64,000 bases of DNA from a virus. Its lineage: Duplodnaviria > Caudoviricetes. Below the pieces are notes generated by a model. The model did not search any database, was not told the origin of the DNA, and saw only the letters and a program-made list of their open reading frames with translations. How positions within the stretch are numbered: position 1 is the first letter of the stretch; each line of letters starts with the position of its first letter. The stretch covers positions 1-64,000 of the IMG/VR virus record IMGVR_UViG_3300026522_000024; one strand, 5' to 3'. This document shows, piece by piece, positions 59,017 through 64,000 of the stretch. The position numbers and the translations under genes are program-made.

Positions 59017-59173
59017 TCCGAGGTATCTGGAATTTTGTTTTTTAATAATGGCTCTGGTAATGGTACTCACCAAAAATAGCTTTTTACTGACACTTACTCT
59101 TTTAGTAGATACTGAATTTTGGTTTGACAATAAATGCATTAAAGATGTGTATAAGGTAACAAAAATAAGCTAA
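58952..59173 (+). CDS. Small putative membrane protein overlapping the nrdD N-half end
   Basis: aaggag RBS ~10 nt upstream; hydrophobic segment. Confidence 0.35.
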   Translation: MSVKSLKSMPKSYVKNRILWYSPRYLEFCFLIMALVMVLTKNSFLLTLTLLVDTEFWFDNKCIKDVYKVTKIS

Positions 59174-59194
59174 TTGCAGACAGGAGGTCTAAAG

Positions 59195-59956
59195 ATGAAC
59201 AAGAAAATTATCAATAAACGTCATAGTTTGTGGTATAATAAGCGCCGTCCCTATAACCTTTTTGTTGACCTCTCAAATTACATTAAAGTTGCCCTTCGTT
59301 CTTACATCTTATGGATTGAAAAATATATTAAGGAAGATGAGTTACAAGAAGTATTGAAGAACTTTAATAAAGCTATGGGAAGTCAAGATAAAAATAAACA
59401 AGACTTGCTTGATGTTCTAAAAAAGATATACTTTTCTTTTGAAGAAGCATCTCTTAATTTTCCTAATTCCCCTTGGTACATTTGGTGGAAGAACGAGAAT
59501 TATAATGATTGCTTAATTCCATATAATGCAAAAGAAGCCGAAAAGAACTATAGGTATGATATTAATAGTGGGATTAGACTATATGCTAATCTTATAGAAT
59601 TTATTTCTAGTACATGGGTGAGCTATAGTTATGTTATAACTGATAAAGCACGTATTTGTCAACTAGAAAGAATTGACAAAAATCTAAATAGAGTATATGC
59701 TTTTGATGATGACCAAGTATGGTATATTTATGAAGGTCTCATTGCTTTTAAGAACGCAAAAAGATATAGCGTTCCTTGCGATACGTCAGAAGATGGTTGG
59801 GAGAAACATCTTGATGATATGATTTTCACATTTCACGAGATTACTCATTGCCATGAATTTTCTGATAAATATGATGCTAAAGAGTACGAAAAGAAATACA
59901 ATCGTGGAAAAGAGCTTTTTGGAAAGTGTTTTCTTGATTTGTGGGATTGTAAATAA
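59195..59956 (+). CDS. Hypothetical protein inserted within nrdD
   Basis: RBS aggaggt; 'W...LDDMIF.F...G.ELF......LWD' helical phage domain, apparently duplicated; no nuclease motif seen. Confidence 0.7.
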   Translation: MNKKIINKRHSLWYNKRRPYNLFVDLSNYIKVALRSYILWIEKYIKEDELQEVLKNFNKAMGSQDKNKQDLLDVLKKIYFSFEEASLNFPNSPWYIWWKNENYNDCLIPYNAKEAEKNYRYDINSGIRLYANLIEFISSTWVSYSYVITDKARICQLERIDKNLNRVYAFDDDQVWYIYEGLIAFKNAKRYSVPCDTSEDGWEKHLDDMIFTFHEITHCHEFSDKYDAKEYEKKYNRGKELFGKCFLDLWDCK

Positions 59957-59969
59957 TGAGGTGATTATC

Positions 59970-61073
59970 TTGAATACTTTGAAAAATGCTGCTCAAGAAA
60001 TAATGGAAAAACATGGAATATCAGAGAATCAAATTTGTCCCAAGGCTTATCCTCCTATGGGCTGTAGAAGTTTTTTGACTCCTGACTATGTACACTATAA
60101 GACATATGGAAGAATGAATCAGGGTGTTGTAACAATCAACCTTCCTGATGTAGCACTCACAGCAGTCCGTGAGGCTAAGTCTAAGAATACTGATGTATAT
60201 GATGAATTCTGGAGCATCTTTGAAGAAAGATTGGAATTGTGTCACAGAGGACTTCAGCAGCGTCATCAACGTCTTAAAGGTACTATTTCCGATGTGAGCC
60301 CAATTCACTGGCAATATGGTGCTTTGGCTAGATTGAAAAAGGGCGAAAAGATTGATAAGCTGCTGTATGGTGGGTATTCAACTATTTCTCTGGGATATGC
60401 TGGTCTTTATGAGTGCGTAAAAGCTATCACTGGTAAATCTCATACGGATGATTCAGCTAAACCATTTGCTATGGCTATTATGCGTAAGTTAAATGATAAG
60501 TGTGCTGAATGGAGAAAGGCTGAGAATATAGCATACAGTCTGTATGGTACTCCTATTGAGAGCACTACAGGGAAGTTTGCTAGGTGTTTACAGAAGAGGT
60601 TTGGTATCATTAAGGACATCACAGACCACGATTACATCACCAATAGCTACCATGTAAATGTTAGAGAAGAAATTGACCCATTTAAGAAGCTCAATTTTGA
60701 GGCTGAATTCCAGCAGCTCAGTCCAGGCGGTGCTATTAGCTACATTGAGACTGGTCACCTTGAAGATAACATTCCAGCAGTATTGGAAGTTATAAAGTAC
60801 ATGTATGACCACATTTTGTATGCTGAGTTGAATACTAAATCTGACTACTGCCATGAGTGTGGATATACTGGGGATATTGCTATTTATACTGATGAACATG
60901 GTAAGTTAGGTTGGAAGTGCCCCCAGTGTGGAAATACCAATCAGAACAAGATGAATGTAGCAAGACGTACATGCGGTTATATAGGAGCAAATTTCTGGTC
61001 TCAAGGAAGAACTGCAGAAATCAAGGATAGATTCGTTCACTTAGGAGGAAATGGCATAACAACTAAGGAGTGA
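59970..61073 (+). CDS. nrdD: Anaerobic ribonucleotide reductase NrdD, C-terminal half
   Basis: TTG start with gaggtg RBS; MGCRSFL; GR.NQGVVTINL; YGTP.ES; TNSYH; zinc finger; RRTCGY glycyl radical site. Confidence 0.9.
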   Translation: MNTLKNAAQEIMEKHGISENQICPKAYPPMGCRSFLTPDYVHYKTYGRMNQGVVTINLPDVALTAVREAKSKNTDVYDEFWSIFEERLELCHRGLQQRHQRLKGTISDVSPIHWQYGALARLKKGEKIDKLLYGGYSTISLGYAGLYECVKAITGKSHTDDSAKPFAMAIMRKLNDKCAEWRKAENIAYSLYGTPIESTTGKFARCLQKRFGIIKDITDHDYITNSYHVNVREEIDPFKKLNFEAEFQQLSPGGAISYIETGHLEDNIPAVLEVIKYMYDHILYAELNTKSDYCHECGYTGDIAIYTDEHGKLGWKCPQCGNTNQNKMNVARRTCGYIGANFWSQGRTAEIKDRFVHLGGNGITTKE

Positions 61074-61570
61074 AACTTATGAATATACATGGAATAACTC
61101 AGTTTGACACAGCTAATGGGTTAGGAATTGGTACAGTACTTTGGGTAAGCGGTTGCGAGCACCATTGTTTGAATTGTCATAATCCTCAGACTTGGGATAG
61201 AAAATCTGGTAGGTACTTTGACCATACTGGTAAGGATTTGGATTTTCTGTTGAAAACTTTAGAGCCAGACTATATATCTCGACTGACCATATCTGGTGGT
61301 GACCCACTTCACCCATTCAACAGGTGGACAGTAGGATTTATACTGAATGCTGTAAAGCAGGTTCATCCAGAAGTAAAGACTTGGTTGTATACTGGATATG
61401 AGTGGGAGCAAGCCAAGGACATCATAAAGCCTTTTGCGTATGCTTTGGATTATCTGGTAGATGGGAGATTCATTGAATCCTTGAAAGATTTGAACCTTCC
61501 ATATAGAGGAAGCAGTAACCAACATATAATAGATGTGAAAACTGGAAATATTGTTGATTTTTCCAAGTAA
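61070..61570 (+). CDS. nrdG: Anaerobic RNR activase
   Basis: NG.G...LWVSGC.H.C..C.NPQTW; SGGDP; VDGRF; RGSSNQ. Confidence 0.93.
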   Translation: MKLMNIHGITQFDTANGLGIGTVLWVSGCEHHCLNCHNPQTWDRKSGRYFDHTGKDLDFLLKTLEPDYISRLTISGGDPLHPFNRWTVGFILNAVKQVHPEVKTWLYTGYEWEQAKDIIKPFAYALDYLVDGRFIESLKDLNLPYRGSSNQHIIDVKTGNIVDFSK

Positions 61571-61572
61571 GA

Positions 61573-61610
61573 GAAAAGCACTATCCTATAAAATGGGTAG
61601 TGCTTTTCAT
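61573..61610 (+). terminator. Terminator hairpin
   Basis: gaaaagcactatc / ggtagtgcttttc. Confidence 0.7.
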
Positions 61611-61675
61611 ATTTAGCTGAGATTTACTATGTGGTTTCTTTACTTATATAAATGTGTTTTATAGGGGGTATCACA

Positions 61676-63034
61676 ATGGTAGATGAAATTAAGGCAGCAT
61701 TTAATGCATTGGATTCAATCGAGGAAGTATCTTCATTGAATTCAAAGCAGGAAATTTTACAGGAAAATGCAGATAATAAGGTGCTAAAGAACCTACTGTA
61801 TTTAGCATACAATCCTTATCTTCAGTTTTATATCAAGAAAATCCCTGTTTCTATTGACTCTTGCACTAATAATGAAGTGCTTCCTGTAAGATACCAAGAA
61901 TTTTTGGATATGCTAGTAGACTTTAGCAAGCGTAGAGTAACTGGTAATGAAGCTATCAATGAATTGTCTGTATTCCTGTCTGGATGTAATCCTGAAGAAT
62001 ACAAGTGGTATACCAGAGTTATCGGTAAGGACTTGTGTATAGGTTTGGCTGATAAGGGTATCAATAAGGCATTCAAAGGACTCATTCCTACGTATGAAGT
62101 ACTATTAGCTGACAAGATAGCACCTGAAGACCTGGGACTTAATACACCTAAAGCATTGAAGCAGCTGCCAGACAATATAGTCACTCAGTACAAAATAGAT
62201 GGATATAGACTTAACATACACCACTTGGAGTCTGGTGAGGTTATTATCCGTACTAGGAATGGTAAGTATGTTAAGGGGTACAAAGACCTTGAAAAATCTG
62301 CTACTAAGCTACCTAGAGGATTTGTGTATGATGGAGAAATAGTAGCACCTGAGTTGTTTGATTGGATTCAGAGTAATGTGAAGTCTCACTCTAATGAGGT
62401 TATAGCCAATAGAGATTTGTTCTCTGAGGTAATGAGTCATGCCTTCTCTAAGGAGGACAACAAGAAGGGAATTTTCAATGTCTTTGATATGATTCCTATT
62501 GACGAGTGGGTTGTTAGGAAGTCTACCCAGACCTATGAAGAAAGACTGAATAACCTCAATAAAATGGTAAAGCCATTAGAACTGAAAGACATAATGGTAG
62601 TGCCTACTTCCAGAGTGTATCATAAGTCTAATCCAGATGACCTGAAGGAAATAGTAGAACAATTCCATCAGTTTGTAAACATTGGCTGGGAAGGACTTAT
62701 GGTAAAAGATGCTGACTCCTACTATGAGTGGAAGCGTAGCAAAAGCCTGTTAAAGATGAAACTCATGGACACTATAGATTTAGTAGTTACTGATGTCTAT
62801 GAGGGTACGGGAAAGTATGAAGGAATGATGGGTGGTGTATACTGCGATTATAAAGGCTATCAGCTGGGTGTTGGCAGTGGTTGGAATGACTCAGACAGAA
62901 AGACTTACTGGGACAATAAGAATAACATTGTAGGTAAGACTATAGAGGTAGCATACCAGGCTGAGACTAAGAATAAAAATGGTGGCTTATCACTGAGTTT
63001 TCCAGTATTTAAGTCTATCCGTATAGACAAATGA
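61676..63034 (+). CDS. ATP-dependent DNA ligase
   Basis: KIDGYR; DGE; EGLMVK; KRS..LLK.K; L.FPVF...R.DK. Confidence 0.93.
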   Translation: MVDEIKAAFNALDSIEEVSSLNSKQEILQENADNKVLKNLLYLAYNPYLQFYIKKIPVSIDSCTNNEVLPVRYQEFLDMLVDFSKRRVTGNEAINELSVFLSGCNPEEYKWYTRVIGKDLCIGLADKGINKAFKGLIPTYEVLLADKIAPEDLGLNTPKALKQLPDNIVTQYKIDGYRLNIHHLESGEVIIRTRNGKYVKGYKDLEKSATKLPRGFVYDGEIVAPELFDWIQSNVKSHSNEVIANRDLFSEVMSHAFSKEDNKKGIFNVFDMIPIDEWVVRKSTQTYEERLNNLNKMVKPLELKDIMVVPTSRVYHKSNPDDLKEIVEQFHQFVNIGWEGLMVKDADSYYEWKRSKSLLKMKLMDTIDLVVTDVYEGTGKYEGMMGGVYCDYKGYQLGVGSGWNDSDRKTYWDNKNNIVGKTIEVAYQAETKNKNGGLSLSFPVFKSIRIDK

Positions 63035-63047
63035 TGAGGATAGAACA

Positions 63048-63341
63048 ATGGAAAATGTAGTGAAAAAACGCAAGAGAAGTGTAAAACTAACTAAGGAAAA
63101 ATCTTTAGAGTTACAGAACAACATAAAAAGTCAAATAACTGAACACATGGGAAAATACGCTATTCTCTTAGAAAAGACTAGCAGAAATGTATTTTCCCAT
63201 TTCGTACTGATAACACACAGTGGAGGTAAGGAAGCATTTTATGACGAGAATGGCAATTTTAGATGCTATCTTACCAGACCTATTGACCCTATTAGAATAA
63301 TGACAGGTGAACAGTCTATTGTTTACCTAGACCAGATATAA
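63048..63341 (+). CDS. Hypothetical protein
   Basis: RBS gagga. Confidence 0.55.
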   Translation: MENVVKKRKRSVKLTKEKSLELQNNIKSQITEHMGKYAILLEKTSRNVFSHFVLITHSGGKEAFYDENGNFRCYLTRPIDPIRIMTGEQSIVYLDQI

Positions 63342-63354
63342 AGGGGTGAATCCT

Positions 63355-64000
63355 TTGAGAAAATCCATAACTAAGATTAAGAGACACCCTATAACCACCA
63401 AAGTCATCCGAAAACCCATACTAGCATTCAATAGACGCAATGCTGAGATGAATCCTAAATTTCTTGATAAGGAAGTACTGTTAGAGAGATTTTCCCCATT
63501 AATACAATCTATGTACAGATACTTCTGTTCCTATGATGGAATGTTTAATCAGCAAATGGATTCTCAGGACTTGTATAGTCAGATTCAGTCAGAATTCATA
63601 GAACTTACACATAAGTATGACCCACGTAGGGGTGTAGATTTTACAGGGTATATCAAGTTTCACCTAAGACAAAGAGTATACCACTGGGTGATGAAAACCC
63701 AAAAAGTACAAAATACTGAACAAGTGCTTGTTCAATACGATAGTGATGATACTATGGATATGGATGACCTAGTATCATATGAGGACAAGAAAGATACCTA
63801 TACGGAACACGAATTAGTTAGGGCTGAAGGAATAGCCAGTATACCATGGGATAAAATCCAGGATAAAGAACACATAGAACTCATAAATGAAATTCTTATA
63901 AAACGTCATTCTATAGAGGATATAGCAAAGAGCAGGAAAACATCTGTAAGGGCAGTTACTACTCAGTTTGAGGAATTATGTCAGTTGATATATAACATAC
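63355..64000 (+). CDS. Second phage sigma factor (partial, runs off the window; not in the ORF track)
   Basis: Translated by hand: LLERFSPLI...QDL....EFIEL..KYDPRRGVDFTGYIKFHLR (sigma region 2); C-terminal SIEDIAK...SV.AV (region 4 HTH). Confidence 0.8.
   Translation, partial: MRKSITKIKRHPITTKVIRKPILAFNRRNAEMNPKFLDKEVLLERFSPLIQSMYRYFCSYDGMFNQQMDSQDLYSQIQSEFIELTHKYDPRRGVDFTGYIKFHLRQRVYHWVMKTQKVQNTEQVLVQYDSDDTMDMDDLVSYEDKKDTYTEHELVRAEGIASIPWDKIQDKEHIELINEILIKRHSIEDIAKSRKTSVRAVTTQFEELCQLIYNI

Noticed and set aside
59005-59025. Group I intron S-like sequence 'atggtatagtccg' at the end of the nrdD N-half
   Set aside because: It would belong near an intron 3' end. I found no matching R element, P1/IGS or junction restoring NrdD, and the C-half has its own RBS.
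59124-59155. sigmaA promoter in front of the nrdD insert
   Set aside because: TTGACA is present but the nearest TATA-like box is 20 nt away, which is the wrong spacing.
189-62184. Numerous minus-strand and nested ORFs in the ORF track
   Set aside because: They overlap well-supported + strand genes and lack RBS or motifs, so they are treated as shadows.
1-64000. Stop-codon recoding
   Set aside because: Genes are full length in code 11, end in TAA, TAG or TGA, and no suppressor tRNA is present. The two split genes have other explanations.

Overview
This 64-kb window is part of a large lytic myovirus with SPO1/Twort-like (Herelleviridae-like) gene order, probably infecting an anaerobic Firmicute. 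All credible genes are on the + strand in the standard code. Layout: (1) 1-22 kb tail/baseplate module ending in a tail fibre targeted by a diversity-generating retroelement (VR 21866-22004, TR 22184-22322, RT 22506-23657, no avd gene visible). (2) 23.6-25.5 kb tail chaperone-like and lysis genes. (3) 25.7-33.9 kb helicases, Rep-like protein and SbcCD. (4) 33.9-36.1 kb RNA island with 5 tRNAs, a tmRNA and several unannotated structured RNAs. (5) 36-43.5 kb FNT channel, primase, dUTPase, resolvase, a structured leader RNA and a sigma factor. (6) 43.5-48.8 kb hydroxymethyluracil/thymidine-hypermodification cluster. (7) HU, a UDG-fused family A polymerase interrupted by a group I intron with an HNH endonuclease, SSB, RecA, 5'-3' exonuclease, a class III RNR split into two genes by a non-intron insertion, nrdG, ligase and a second sigma factor. 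The least-explained signals are a short R-x-[P/S]-[I/V] motif repeated in the tails of several unrelated proteins including both sigma factors, the unannotated structured RNAs, the Avd-less DGR with a structured RNA around its TR, and the split NrdD. All calls come from motif recognition by eye; no searches or folding programs were run.
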